Of a stretch of 64,000 bases of DNA, positions 26,780-46,335 are shown one piece after another (the first letter of the stretch is position 1; each line of letters begins with the position of its first letter). The notes beneath the pieces are model-generated. The model was given only the letters and a program-made list of their open reading frames with translations. It was not told where the DNA came from and made no database searches. This DNA comes from Eledone cirrhosa. Lineage: Eukaryota. The stretch spans positions 17,732,001 through 17,796,000 of the forward strand of contig OZ024749.1 of NCBI GenBank assembly GCA_964016885.1, read 5' to 3'. The position numbers and the translations under genes were made by a program.

Positions 26780-28613
26780 GCCGGTGTACTTAGTGTCACG
26801 AATGACCAGAAAAAGGAGGCCTGGAAATGTCACTTTGAGAGACTGATGAATGTGGAGAACGAATGGGAGAGAGAGAAATTACCCTTGGTAGATCCGACAG
26901 AGGGACCAGCTATTGAGATTGACGAATATAGGGTCCAAGAGGCGATTAGGGAAATGAAAAATGGTAAGGCGGCCGGACCATCGGGAATAGTTGCTGAGAT
27001 GCTGAAGGCATCAGGGGACGTAGGCACAAAACTGGTTGCACGCATCATCAATCAGGCTATATATGGTGGTGTCATACCCAAAGACTGTTGCAGCAGTATT
27101 CTCATACATTGATACAAAGGTAAAGGGGATGCTTTGGAGAGGAGCAATTATAGGGGTATAAAACTGATAGATCAGGTTATGAAAGTGGCAGAAAGGATTT
27201 TAGCAAAACTAATTAGAGAAAGGGTCAAACTAGATGAGATGCAGTTTGGTTTTGTGCCAGGGAAGAGTACAACAGATGCCCTCTTCTTGGTGAGACAAAT
27301 GCAAGAGAGGTTCTTAGAGAAGAATAAGCCACTATACTTAGCCTTTGTTGACGTAGAGAAGGCCTTTGATAGGGTACTCCGATCTGTCATCTGGTGGTCC
27401 CTAAGGAAGCTAGGAGGTTGAGGAATGGCTTGTGAGGACAGTGCAAACTTTGTACAGAGGTACTCTCAGTAAAGTCAGGGTAGGAATGGAGTTTAGTGAG
27501 GAATTCCAGATACAAGTAGGAGTACATCAGGGTTCGGTCCTCAGCCCACTCTTGTTCATTATAGTCCTCCAAGCCATAACAGAGGAGTTTAAGACTGGCT
27601 GTCCATGGGAACTTCTCTATGCTGACGATCTGGCTCTTATAGCAGAATCAGTAGAGGAGCTAGAGAATAAATTCCGGCTATGGAAACAGCAGTTGGAAGC
27701 AAGAGGACTGAGAGTAAATCTAGCTAAGACAAAAGTGTTGATGAGTAGAAAAGAGGACAAAACCCTGATTCCGTCAGGGAAATGGCCATGTTCGATATGC
27801 AGAAAAGGAACTGGCATAAATTCTATAAAATGCACACAATGCAGGTCCTGGGTACACAAGAGATGTAGCGGGATAGCAGGCAAACTAACAGGTAGGGAGA
27901 AATATGTATGCAGTAGATGTACAGGGAAATTAAACAGTAGAAGTCGCACTGATAGACACATTTTTCAAATGCGAGAGGGCGCTATAGAAGTGGTGGATAG
28001 CTTCCGGTACCTAGGAGATCAGATTAGCATGGGAGGAGGGTGTTCCGAGGCCATAGTATCTAGAATAAGGACGAGTTGGAAGAAGTTTAGGGAGCTGCTT
28101 ACTCTGTTGACGAAGAAGGGTTTCTCCCTGCGTACAAAAGGCCGGTTGTATGATGCCTGTGTGAGGAGCGCGATGCTGCATGGTAGTGAGACATGGGCAG
28201 CAACTGCAGAGGATATGCGACGGCTGGAGAGAAATGAGGCAAGCATGCTCAGTTGGATGTGCAGTGTAAATGTGCGTGAACGACCCAGCATAAATGTGTT
28301 GAGAGAGAAACTGTGTCTGAGAGGGATAGAATGTAGTGTACGGGAGAGGAGACTGAGGTGGTATGGACATGTGATGCGCATGGAGGATGACCGATGGGTG
28401 AAGAAGTGCCAGGAAATGCCAGTTGAAGGAAGACGTGGTAAAGGTAGACCACGAAAAACATGGGCGGAGGTGGTGAGAACAGACCTCAGATCATTGAAGC
28501 TCACGGTGGAGATGACGAGGGACCGTGACGAGTGGAGAGATGCTGTGCTGAATAAGACTCGTCCCACCCTTGCAAGCAGGGAAAAGCGGACGTAAAATGA
28601 TGATGATGATGAT
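26779..28613 (+). mobile_element. RTE family A, copy 2 (5'-truncated)
   Basis: ORF 27432-28595 covers RT to C-terminus (YADD, WVHKRC, GRPRKTW); (ATG)n tail; near-identical to 10430-12252. Confidence 0.95.
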
Positions 28614-28733
28614 ATATACATATACATATATATACATATATACATATATATATATATACATATATACATATATATATATACATATATACATACATACATA
28701 TATATACATATATATACATATATATACATATAC

Positions 28734-28764
<31 letters not shown>

Positions 28765-28831
28765 CATATATATATACATATATATATATACGATATTAAA
28801 CAAATGGAAACTACATTTATAAAACCATATT

Positions 28832-28897
28832 TATTTCATTATATATATTTCAGGGATATCATATTAAATATATGGTATGGCCTCTTCAGACAAAATA
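28832..28897 (-). ncRNA. Hammerhead ribozyme (left arm)
   Basis: Minus: tattttgt-CTGAAGA-ggccataccatat..atatgatatccct-GAAA-tatatata/atgaaata. Confidence 0.8.
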
Positions 28898-29035
28898 CAA
28901 TATATAAACAGTTTTATAAATAAATTTGACATACCTTAAAACTTTACAACTTCCATTTAAAAAGTTGTTGTTGTAAATGGAAGTTGTAAAGTTTTAAGGT
29001 ATGTCAAATTTATTTATAAAACTGTTTATATATTG

Positions 29036-29101
29036 TATTTTGTCTGAAGAGTGCATACCATATTTTTAATATGATATCCCTGAAATATATATAATGAAAT
29101 A
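29036..29101 (+). ncRNA. Hammerhead ribozyme (right arm)
   Basis: tattttgt-CTGAAGA-gtgcataccatat..atatgatatccct-GAAA-tatatata/atgaaata. Confidence 0.8.
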
Positions 29102-29225
29102 AATATGGTTTTATAAATGTAGTTTCCATTTGTTTAATATCGTAAAATACTCCAAAACTTGTTGAGTGCTTTTATATCAGTTATAAAATATTTACTCGTA
29201 ACCCAACAATTTTAAATAAAACTTT

Positions 29226-30687
<1,462 letters not shown>

Positions 30688-30806
30688 TCATCATCATCAT
30701 CATCGTTTAACGTCCGTGTTCCATGCTTGCATGGGTTTGGACGGGAGTTTTCCCACTTGAGGCAAGAGTGGTTGTCTTGCTCGCATATATATACATATAT
30801 ATATAC

Positions 30807-30843
<37 letters not shown>

Positions 30844-30892
30844 CATATCTATATACATACATATATATATATATACATACATATATATATAC

Positions 30893-30965
<73 letters not shown>

Positions 30966-31161
30966 CATATATATATATACATATATATATGCATACATAT
31001 ATATATATATACATATATACATATATATATATATACATCATCATCATCATCATCATCGTTTAACGTCCGTGTTCCATGCTTGCATGGGTTTGGACGGGAG
31101 TTTTCCCACTTGAGGCAAGAGTGGTTGTCTTGCTCGCATATATATATACATATATATATAC

Positions 31162-31196
<35 letters not shown>

Positions 31197-31220
31197 CATA
31201 TCTATATACATACATATATA
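30688..31220 (-). repeat. Two tandem ~100 bp RTE-B 3' tails, each followed by a TA tract (350 bp period)
   Basis: 30688-30785 matches 31038-31138; both match 20682-20775. Confidence 0.9.
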
Positions 31221-33019
31221 TTGACGTGGATTTCCATCTATTGACGTGGATTTTGCTGTGGAGAAATGCGTAGAAATGATCAACGAGAGCAAGGTTGAGT
31301 TCCGTGGGATTGATACCAGTGAGCTGGGACTTCTACTTAAGCTTACCCATAGTAATAGTTACCTAGACACTTATGACCTTAGCAACCTGTGCCCTACAAG
31401 ACCAGCAAGAGGCAGACCACCTACCATTACCTCAATGGCCAAGAAAACCCACACAGATAGATGGAACGGGTGGACCAGAGCCATACGGACACCCGAAAAC
31501 CACGATGAACTGAACTGAACTGAAGAAAATGATTGCACATGCGGTAGGGGCCAGCATAAAAAAATTAACCCTTAAGGAACATATGTTCAAATTTAATGGT
31601 AAAACATATGCCCAAGAGGAAGGAGCAGCCATTGGTGTTAGCATTGCAGGCGACATAGCTAACTTATTCATGGTATGGTGGGACAGTAGACTTAAACAAA
31701 AACTTAATGAACAATTAGAAGACAGCTTAACCCTGATAATGTACTCCCGCTACGTAGATGATATAAACATCGTAGTTAAGACACCCCCACTAAAGAACAG
31801 TCAGGAACTAGAGAAAAACACAATGGAAAGCATCCAGCAAATAGCAAACTCCATCCACCAGAGCATTAGAATTAGAGTTAGAGTTACTATAGACTACCCA
31901 AGTAGACACCCCAACCATCGATTACCTGTACTAGACACAGAGCTCTGGTTAGATACCATTAACAACCAAAAACAAATCCTCCATTCCCATTATGCCAAAC
32001 CCATGACTTCCAAACATCTGATCCACCGAAACTCGGCCATTTCGGACCATACCAAAATCAACATACTGATTGCGGATTTGGTACGGGTGATGAGAAATGT
32101 GTCCCGCATGTGCAACCCCGAAGAACTAGAGAGACACATACAACACTTCATCCACCGTATGCAGTTCTCTGGCTACAACCAGAGAGATAGAATCAGAGTG
32201 TATAAAGGAGCCAGAACCAAATGGGAAAAAATGGTAAATAATGACATAAATGGGACCTGCCCCTTGTATAGGAGCAAATTTTGGAATAGAATAGAAAGAA
32301 CTAGGAACAAGGCCAATAGAATAAACTCATGGTATGATAGCAATAAATACCAGAGTGTAATGTTCATCAATACAACCCCTAGAGGCGAACTAGCCTACAA
32401 ATTTAGAAGGGCCTTAAATAAACATAATCTCAATATTAAGATAGTAGAAAGACCTGGTACCTCCGTAAAAACACTTATTAGCAAGACATACCCGTTCCAA
32501 AGACCCTCATGTATAGATAAGAAATGTATAACCTGTAAAATAAGCCCCCATATTAACTGTAAAACTAGAAATGTAGTGTATAGCATAAGATGTACTGAAG
32601 GACAATGTAGAAACAAAAATATAGTGTACATAGGTGAGACAGCTCGTAGTATAGGGGAACGAATAAATGAACACTGGCGAGATCTCCAAGATAATAAAGA
32701 ATCATCTGTGCTCTACCAACATGCTAAGATAGAACACAGGGGTAGATTAGAGAGCATAGAAATAAAAATAGAATCCACGCACAGAAAAGACGCAATGTTT
32801 AGGCAAATTACAGAGGCAGTAAGCATAAAAGAATTAAAACCAAAATTAAATAGAAAATATGAGTGGAACAGCAACATCACAACTTACAATTAAGGACAAA
32901 ATGAAAACACACACACACATAGAACAAACAACTTACAATTGAAAACACACACAAAATGAAAACACACACAGGACAAAATGAAAACACACACACACATAGA
33001 ACAAACAACCAACCAACAA

Positions 33020-33050
<31 letters not shown>

Positions 33051-33423
33051 ACAAATAGAAAAATATAAATAGAAAAATAGAAAAATGAACACAAACACAC
33101 ACAGACACCCGGATGTGGCGCATGCGCAAACTGAGCACACAACACACACACAGAAACAAAATGGCGTAGGATAGAAGAAAGGAAAGGCACAGAAACGAAG
33201 AAAGGAATCCCCAGTCACTGAAGAGGTCACAGAGTGTGTGACGAAAAAGGACTATGACTATATATGTAAACAACTATCTGGTTGTGGAACCAACCAACCA
33301 GAAATTTATAAGTTTGTAGATTTGTAAATTTATAAATTTATAAATATATAATAAATTGAAGTGAAAGCAACTGGTGCGTGTGTTTCTTATTGGCAACATG
33401 ACCCTCCCAAAGTATAACAATAT
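31219..33423 (+). mobile_element. PLE family A, copy 2 (RT plus GIY-YIG), without the 3' tail
   Basis: ORFs 31246-31518 and 31529-32893; reverse complement of 22151-24288; ends at ...gtataacaatat. Confidence 0.95.
33213..33259 (+). ncRNA. Hammerhead ribozyme in PLE-A copy 2 (2 extra A after GAAA)
   Basis: agtca-CTGAAGA-ggtcac..gtgac-GAAA-aagga-CTA/tgact. Confidence 0.75.
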
Positions 33424-33528
33424 ATATATATGTATATATATATATGTATATATATATATATGTATGTATATATGTATATATATATGTATATATATATATA
33501 TATATGTATATATATGTATGTATATATA

Positions 33529-33596
<68 letters not shown>

Positions 33597-33599
33597 TAT

Positions 33600-36500
33600 A
33601 TATTTCTTTATTTACCATAAAGGCATAAAAAGAAGGGACAAATACAAAGGGGGAGTTTACATATAATCGAGTAAAAAGGGTGTAACATGAAAATAATCTA
33701 AAATAACCTCAAAAGGGAGGGGACGTGATGGGGGTTGCACACACCCCCGAAAAAGTGTGCATTCCTTTGCCCGGGGAGCACATGGAGAAGGTGCTCCCCT
33801 CTCCTTTACTTCTTTACCTACAGGATGGTATACAGAGAAGGCCCATTTACACGAGCCATTCTCGCCACTATCACCCACCTTTCATAAAACTGCCTGTGGC
33901 CAAGCACCTCTCTCTCCATTCTTATCCTTCTTCCGAAGTGATATCGGAAGAAGTAGACCAGACTATGGCCAGAGAGGAAGTTGCCTGACCTCAGACCTTT
34001 CAATCGTGTCCACCAAACAACCTCTTTCAACATGGCTATTACGCACAGAAAAACCGCCTTTGCTTCCTTTGTGAAGAGGGGAGGCGGTTTGATTGTCATC
34101 ACGGACTCGGCGGTCAATTTAATCGGCGCCACCCGCGACAGCAGTCGTTCGGCGTAGCCCCACAGATCAGCCACACCCGGACATTGCACCAATGCGTGCG
34201 CAACGGTTTCTTCGTGACGCACGCATCTAGGGCAAATCTTTTTTGAGGGATCCCTGCCCGGGCGCCCGTGTCTGTAGAGCCTCTCTCGAACGGGTAGAGC
34301 CCCCCGGTAGCACTGCCAGGCCAGTGACTTCTGGAAGTTGTCCATTGGTCCTGGGCCGAAAGTCCTACCGAACAGGCTGGCCAGTTCGTCGTCTTCTTCC
34401 ATGTCCAGCGACTCTCCAAGGGTGTCATCGCCCCTGCTAGCCACCAGCCCTCTATAGAATGATGAGGTGGATTCTCCACCGATGGCCTGGCCCGCTTGCC
34501 AGAGAGCCCTGAGCGCCTGAGCACACTCAGTGTGCCAGTGTCCCAGTTTTCCGGATCTTTGCTTGACCCAGGACTGTAGCTCGGTGAGCGAGACAAGTCT
34601 CGGAAAGGCTCGTTTCACGAATGGAGCCCACACCGGTTGACCAGTGAGGAATACCTGTAGGTGCGGTAGCCTTAATGCGTGCCTACGCATCATCAACCAC
34701 GGCATCCCCAGCCCTCCTTTCGAAGGTTGTTGGCAGCAGATGGATCTTCTCACCATAGGAGGGCGCTTCTTCCAAAGAAATTGGAAGAGCATGCGTTCCA
34801 TGGTGGTGAGTGTTTCCTTAGGGCAAGGCACGACTGTCAGGCGGTAGTAAGTGACGGGCGCTATGTAAATGTTCGCCACCTCCACCCGGCCTTTTAGGGA
34901 CAGCTTACACTTGGCCCATTGTTGGGTTAGTGCAAACACCTTGTTCGTAACCTCGTTCCAGTTCTTTTCCACCTGGAGGTCCGGTCTAAACCAGACCCCA
35001 AGCAACTTTACCGGGCCCTCCGTCCAGTGTCCGACGACACCGTCAGGAGGCATCGGTCTGCCTCTCCACGTTCCGAGTTGCAGCCCGATGGATTTTTCCT
35101 GGTTCAGTTTCGCTCCTGACAACCTTTCGTAATCCTCCAGTAAGGTACCGATCGCCTCGATCTGCGAGTCGGTCGATACCATTACTGTTACGTCATCGGC
35201 GTAGGCCGACACCGCTTTGCTCAATCCTGGTTCCAGGGGGATACCCTGCAATAACTCCAACTTCCTCAGTAAAGGCTCGAGAGTCAATACGTACAAAAGG
35301 GAGGAGAGAGGGCACCCCTGTCGAATGGATCGTGTGATTTCGAACGGCTTCGAAAGGTAGCCGTTCACCTTGATCCTAGAACAGATGTGGTTGCTATGTA
35401 AGGCAGTGATCCAGCCTCTGAAAACAGGACCGAACCCAGCCGCCGCTAGCACCGCATCCAGGTAACCATGGTCGACCCTATCGAAGGCCTTAGACTGATC
35501 CAAGTTGATCAGGGCCCCACCGAAGCCGGGTTTGTTGCCAACCCTCTCTATGATGTATCGCATGAGGTGGAGGTTATCGTGAATGGACCTGGATGGGATA
35601 GCACATGTCTGCGCATCTCCCACCAGGCCACCCACGACAAGCGCCAACCTCTTTGCTAACACCTTGGCCAAAATCTTTAACTCTGTGTTTAGCAGGGTTA
35701 TGGGCCGAAAATTATTTATACTATCTCCCTTGTTCTCGCCCTTCCTCACCAGCGTGACTACGCTCTTGGCTACAGAACAAGGAATTCTCCCGTTCTGCTG
35801 CCAATTGCAGTAGACCGCTTCGAGGAGTTCGGAGAAGAAGACCGGCATTGCTAAATAAAGTTCGTAAGGTATACCATCGAGACCTGGAGATTTGCGTCTG
35901 CTGCATTGGCTCAGCGCATCTCCGATCTCATCAGCCGAGATTGGTCCCTCGCAGGACTCTGTCTCTTCGCTCGAGACGCGGCAGGCCGTCGAGGTATGGA
36001 CCGAAATCCACGGCCCCGCCCGGACCCTCGCCTCCCCCGAACAATCGGGCAAAGTGCCTTTGAAAGGCCTCGCACATCTGCTTAGGCTCCCGGATCACCC
36101 GTCCATCTTCGTCTTGCAACGACCGGATGGTGGATTGATTTCCACTCTTAGCTTCTGTCACGCGGGCCCAGCCAACGGCTTTGGCCCCCTCATTACCTAG
36201 AGCACGTATTTTACTTCGAATGACGCAGCCTTCGTGCTTTGCATCGAAAAACTGGTTCAAGGCCGTCCTCGATGCCAGCACTCTGGCCACATCTTCGCTC
36301 TTGATTGCCTCTTCTAATTTACCTGTTAATTCTTTCTCGTTTCTATTCCTATCGGCAGCTAACATCTTGCTATAACTTATTGATTCTGTTCTAATCTCTC
36401 TTTTGAGAGATGCCCACCATCGGTTGTTGACGATTGCACCCGTCAACCTCTCCTTAACTAATCTGCTAATCCGGTTTCTGTAAGTCTCTTTTGCCGGTAA

Positions 36501-39430
36501 AGACAAATTAAGTTTCCAGTAACCGGGACCCTGTTTATGTGTTTTCTCGAGATTGACTACGCAGGTCACTAATTTGTGATCCGTGTAGCCAACCGTGCAC
36601 ATTTCTGGACAGCTTAATATGTCCCTATCCTTACTTCTAACTAAGAATCTATCTAAGTACGATCTAGATTGACCACTGTGGTTTCTCCAAGTCCAGGTAG
36701 GCAGAGTTGGAAAATCTAGTCGATATCTATCGACCAAGTTAAAACGGTCGAGTAACCCCTTGAGGCTGTTACACCCCCCTCTATTAGGACATGCTCCTGC
36801 ATAGTCCCAAAGTGCATCTAGGATGTCATTCCAATCCCCCGCTAGAAGCAGGGAACGCGACGTTCCCAGAAAAGTCTCCAAACGCTGGAAGAAGTCGGGC
36901 CGTTCAGCTCCGAAAGGGGAGTAGACGGCGACCAGTCTCAAGGCCGCACTTTCACTACTGCCGTCTAGCACCAACAAACGACCCTCCGGGTCCGAGTGCA
37001 CAACCTGTACGGCAAGACCCAGGTGTTTTTGCAGCAGTACGACAACCCCACCCCCACCTCCAGGTTGACAGAGAGATGCATGCACCTCAAAGTCATCGAA
37101 GGTGGGGGCCAGCTGCCTCACGACGCTGATTCGAGTCTCACAGATAACCATTACATTTATACTACATGACCTGAGGTCATTTAGAAGCTTTGCTTGCTTC
37201 CAAGTTGAGCCCAGGCCACGTGCATTCAAACATCCTACTCTTAACACATCCATGTGGGCGGCAGAGCCAAAGGAGAGTGTAGAGACCTACCTTTCCGCTT
37301 CCCGGGGTTCGGGTTGCACGACTTCCATGGGGTCGGGGGTGTTGGGTGAAGGGGTGTCTTGTGGTGGTGTGGAGTCGTCAGTGTGTGGTGGGGTTGGGGT
37401 GTTTGGAGTTGTGTTGGGGAGGGGAAGGGGAGGGGGAAAGCTTTTTAGTAGGACGCGGTTTATGGGTTTGACAGAGGGTGGTCCTACGTCCTCCTTAAAA
37501 TCCTTTTTTAGTTTTTGGTAGAGGTTCTTTGGGATCTTTATTAATTTTAACTGTGGGTAGTTTTCTGAAGAAACAAAGTTTACACCTTCGGTTTGTACCG
37601 CAGGGTTATTGTTTATGAGTTCATTTAATTTATTATTGTTTCTGTTGATGTAAGTATAGTGTAATGTCTTTTTTTCGGATGGTGTGAGTGTTTCGAAGAG
37701 GGGAGGGGCAGGTTTGGTTTTGTTTGTTGCTGGAGGGGTGTTTTCTGTTTTGTTGGATTGTGTTGAGATTTGGGTGGGGGTTGTTTGGTCTTGTGTGTTT
37801 TGCACATGTTTTCTTTTTTTCCTTTTAATCTGTCTGAAGGACTCCGTTTCTTCCTCCGAATTCGTTGGGTTATCTTCAGTGTTGGAGGGAAGAGGTATGT
37901 TTGCTGGTAATGTTTCCGTGTTGGTTTTCTTTGTGGGGGAGATGGATGTCACTATGTTAGACTGTGTTGTGTGTTGTGTCTGCAGTGGTTGTGTTGTTTT
38001 ATTGAGTGAGAGGTTGGGTGGGCCTGTATTTTGTTTTGGGGTAATGTGTTGTGACTGTTTGTGTTGTGGTGGTTGGTGGTGTGGTTTTACTGAGGGACGG
38101 GTTGGGTGGGACTGAGTTTTGTTGTTTGTTTATCTGTTGTGGTGGTGGTGGTGAAGCTGGTGTTGGTAGCAGGGTTTTCTTTTTGTTGAGTTGGGGACAA
38201 GCGGCCTTCAGGTGCCCTCTGCCTGCACAGATATGGCAGGACGGCCTTCTCCCCTCCACGCTAATGTTTATATACCTGTGGCCCTCTAATAGGATTCTGT
38301 CGGGTATTTGGGCGATGCGTTCAGGCTTCATTTGCACTACCAGCTCTATACCTGTTCCACTGAACGCATTGCCTGTGGTTTTCCCAATGGAAATCACGTT
38401 GTCATTCACTGGATCGATGAAGCCAGCTATGAGCCAGCAGTAGTCCACATCTGGCATCATTGCATCCAGCCATATGCGTTGAGTTCTTTTACCCATATAA
38501 GATGGATAAAAGGTAAAATTTTTCGAACGAATCGGTGACAAAGCACATTTTTTTGCCGCCGATTCGTTCTTCATGATAATTGCTAGGCTTCCATACAGTC
38601 TGTCTTTTCTTATGAAAGTGGTTTCATTAAGTACTTCTGTGAGTACTGTTTTGATATCTGCCTGACTTGGCTGTTCAGGTTTTTTTGAAGTGTTGTTGAT
38701 GGTGCGGAACTTGACCGTTCGGCTTTCAATGTCTTTGGTGAATTCTTGAGGCATTTTTACCGATAAAATACCATTCTCTCCTTCACTTATGTATTGTTTG
38801 GCGTCTGTGATTCTTCGTGCCACATCTGAAATATTTTCCGGTATATAAGTCAAAGATTTCTTTGTTGTCTGTGCAAATGAAATCTTGTCGTCTGCTTTGC
38901 TTTCTGTTATGGTGTTATTTTCAAATGTTATTTTTGTGTTTGTTGTGTCTTTGTTTGTGTTATTAGTATTGTCATGCAATTTTTCAAATTTTTTTTTTTC
39001 GTTCTTGGAATCCATGTCCAGATTTGTGTTTTTGTCATTTTTTTTTCTCCGCAGATTCGTCTGTTTTTATTTTAATTTTTCCTTCCTTCTCTATGACGTT
39101 AGTTGGGAAGGAAGGGGGGACTAAAGCGTGCGAGCTTACAACTCTTACCGCTGTCCCCCACCACTATTTTCGTTCGCTGCGTTTAACATTTCTGTTAGAC
39201 GATTGAAATATTTTTGCCACAAAATTTTTTAAAACAGGTTTTTCACCTCTAGGAGGGATAAAGATGAGCTGACCCGCCGCCTTACAGCTCAGACGGGGGG
39301 GGGGGGGGGTCAAGCTACACAATTGTATCAAAATTAAATTTGAACTCACAAAATTTCCGCAATAAATTTGAACAGAACTTCTGCGCGAAGTGTATTACAT
39401 CCACACTGTAGAACAGACGACAGCTAGATT
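33600..39430 (-). mobile_element. Near full-length L1-clade Tx1-type LINE (~5.8 kb)
   Basis: ORF1 (37999-39015 plus 37287-37952) with CHICAGRGHLKAAC zinc knuckle; ORF2 APE (LNARGL, GDWND, SYLDRF, TDH) 35931-37253 and RT (KSPGLDG, QGCPLS, YADD, C-terminal CPRC..ETVAH..C) 33818-36052; aataaa near the 3' end; one frameshift per ORF. Confidence 0.93.
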
Positions 39431-39691
39431 ATATATATATATAGATATAGATAGGTAAATATACACGGGTGTGTATGATTGTGTATAGAAGATTATATTA
39501 ATAAGAGGAATTCCAACCTTGTCTGATTTACTCGTTTTATTTACAATCCTTTAAAATATATATAATATGGTATTATAATGAAATAGTATGATAGAATATT
39601 AAATTCTAAGTGTTAATTGAACAAGTACTTTCATGCTTTCGCAATCTTCAGGTTCATGATATGTGGTGACAGTCGAGTTTGCAATTTTCAA

Positions 39692-42084
<2,393 letters not shown>

Positions 42085-43806
42085 TCGGCGATGTTACTCC
42101 CCATTACACCTTATCGGACATAACGTTTGGCGCCCCTGATGTCTTAGCGGCAATAAAGGAAATCAAGCATAATTCAGCAGTAGGTCCCGATAGGTTCCCT
42201 GCTTGTGTCTTGAAGGCGTGTCAACACCAACTTGCATCTCCTCTTGACAATCTGTGGCGGAACTCACTGGATGCTGGATATGTGCCAGAAAACCTTCTAT
42301 CCCAGTCTATTGTCCCAGTTTTCAAAAAGGGAAACAAATCCCTTGCCGTGAATTACCGTCCAATCTCACTCACCTCTCATATCATTAAGGTATTTGAGAG
42401 AGTGGTGAGATCGCGAATGACCCACTTCCTTGAGAGTAACAATATGCTGAACTCCAACCAGCATGGATTCCGTAATGGAAGGGATTGCCTGACGCAGCTA
42501 CTGCATCACTTTGATGACATTTTGAGAGCCTTGGGAGAGGGTTCCAACACTGATGTTATCTACCTTGATTTCAGCAAGGCCTTTGACAGGGTTGATCATA
42601 ACATTCTACTGAGAAAGCTCTCCAATATTGGTGTCACTGGAAAGCTGCTGCAGTGGATCAAGAGCTTCCTGTCAAATAGAACCCAACATGTTGTAGTTGA
42701 AGGAGTCAAATCCAGCCCAGCCAAAGTCAGTAGTGTGGTCCCACAAGGCACTGTGTTGGGCCCACTTCTCTTCATCATCTATATTAATGACATCACTAAC
42801 ATCATCAAACACAGCAACATTAAAATTTTCGCTGATGATTCCAAGCTCCAAAAGGTCATCAATGGCGTGGATGACCGGATAAGCCTTCAGTCAGACCTAC
42901 TGGCTGTTACCCAATGGGCGGAAAAGAAAAACATGTTACTGAACGAAGACAAATTCGAACTGATCCACTTTGGAAAAGAGGATGCTCTGAAACTCCCGTA
43001 CTCCCTTCCCTCCGGGGAAACTCTCGTGGCATCTAACAACATCAGAGACTTGGGAGTAACCGTGGACAGCAAAATAAGCTGGGCCACGCATATAAGCAGC
43101 AAAGTTGACATGGCCCGCAGAATGTGTTCCTGGATCCTCAGAACCTTCCAGTCGAGAGATTCCCACACCATTATCCTTCTCTTCTCTACTTTTGCCCGAC
43201 CACACCTTGAATATTGTTGTCCACTGTGGTCTCCCCACACGAAACAAAGTATCATGAAACTTGAAGCTCCTCAAAGGGCAATCACGAAAAAGATAGATGG
43301 CATGTCAGACCTTGACTACTGGGGTCGACTAGAAAACCTGAAACTTTACTCACTCCAACGTCGCCGTGAGCGTTATATTATCTGCATGATGTGGAAAATG
43401 TTCCATCATCACTGCCCAAATGATGTTGGCATCGCCTTCAAGATACACCCAAGGCTTGGGCCCCGTGCTATCCGTCCCATTCAAAAATCTAAATCGCAAC
43501 TCATAACAACAATACGGCACAATTATTTCACCTCAATCGGCCCTGCTCTCTTCAACATCACACCAGGACACGTCAAAACAGAAACTGACCACACAAAATT
43601 CAAGAAGCCTTTGGACAAATTCCTCCAAGTAATCCCGGACAAACCACCCACACCCGGATATGTCTCCGCAAACAGTAATTCTCTTCTCGAATGGGCCATG
43701 GTGCCCAAATCCTGAATTGAAAGACTTCGCCAGGTGGTGCTATTAAGTTAGACATGGCCTGGGCCAATACTGGCCAAAACATTTCTAAGTTATTCAAAGT
43801 CAAAGT

Positions 43807-43808
<2 letters not shown>
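42085..43808 (+). mobile_element. CR1-group LINE (different family), 5'-truncated, RT frame uninterrupted
   Basis: About 540 codons open to 43715: [63 protein letters not shown]; tail (TCAAAG)2. Confidence 0.95.
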
Positions 43809-45035
<1,227 letters not shown>

Positions 45036-45897
45036 ATATTGTTATACTTTGGGAGGGTCATGTTGCCAATAAGCCCCCATATTAACTGTAAAACTAGAAA
45101 TGTAGTGTATAGCATAAGATGTACTGAAGGATAATGTAGAAACAAAAATATAGTGTACATAGGTGAGACAGCTCGTAGTATAGGGGAACGAATAAATGAA
45201 CACTGGCGAGACCTTCAAGATAATAAAGAATCATCTGTGCTCTACCAACATGCTAAGATAGAACACAAGGGTAAATTAGAGAACATAGAAATAAAAATAG
45301 AATCCACACACAGAAAAGATGCAATGTTTAGGCAAATTACAGAGGCAGTAAGCATAAAAGAATTACAACCAAAATTAAATAGAAAATATGAGTGGAACAG
45401 CAACATCACAACTTACAATTAAGGACAAAATGAAAACACACACACACATAGAACAAACAACCAACCAACGACATGTAAATAAATAAATAAATAAACAAAT
45501 AGATAAATGAACACAAACACACACACGGATGTGGCGCATGCGCAAACTGAGCACACAACACACACACAGAAACAAAATGGCGTAGGACAGAAGAAAGGAA
45601 AGGCACAGAAACAAAGAAAGGAATCCCCACTCACTGAAGAGGTCACAGAATGTGTGACGAAAGGACTATGACTATATATAAACAACTATCTGGTTGTGGA
45701 ACCAACCAACCAACCAGAAATTTATAAGTTTGTAGATTTGTAAATTTATAAATTTATAAATATATAATAAATTGAAGTGAAAGCAACTGGTGCGTGTGTT
45801 TCTTATTGGCAACATGACCCTCCCAAAGTATAACAATATCGGTTTCAACACACGATTTCAGATAAAGAATCTTGCTAAACAAATTCAGAAACGAAAC
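45036..45897 (+). mobile_element. PLE family A, copy 3: 38 bp inverted arm, GIY-YIG end, 3' region, 58 nt tail
   Basis: 45036-45073 is the reverse complement of 45802-45839; ORF 45153-45422 [16 protein letters not shown]. Confidence 0.93.
45629..45673 (+). ncRNA. Hammerhead ribozyme in PLE-A copy 3
   Basis: tca-CTGAAGA-ggtcac-agaatgt-gtgac-GAAA-gga-CTA/tga. Confidence 0.8.
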
Positions 45898-45987
45898 ATA
45901 TATATATACATATATATATATATACATACATATATATATACATATATATATATACATATATATATACATATATATATATACATATAC

Positions 45988-46058
<71 letters not shown>

Positions 46059-46335
46059 AATATACTTATATATATATAGAGAGAGATTACAATAATCAAA
46101 GTTCAGTTTAAATCATTTATTTGCTTACAATTGTTTCCTCCACTATTTGGGGTTTATATATAAAAAATATATAACCATAAAAGGTTTTATTATATACATA
46201 ACCATAAATAGTATCCTTAATACTATATATATATAGATACATATATATATATATATACATATATACATATACATATATATATATATATACATGAAAAAGA
46301 ACAAAGGAACTATTATGACATTATAACAAGTTTAT

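Noticed and set aside
46110-46145. Possible additional hammerhead (minus GAAAC-aatt-GTA/agca)
   Set aside because: Only the 3' half is present and I found no CUGANGA partner; treated as a truncated remnant.
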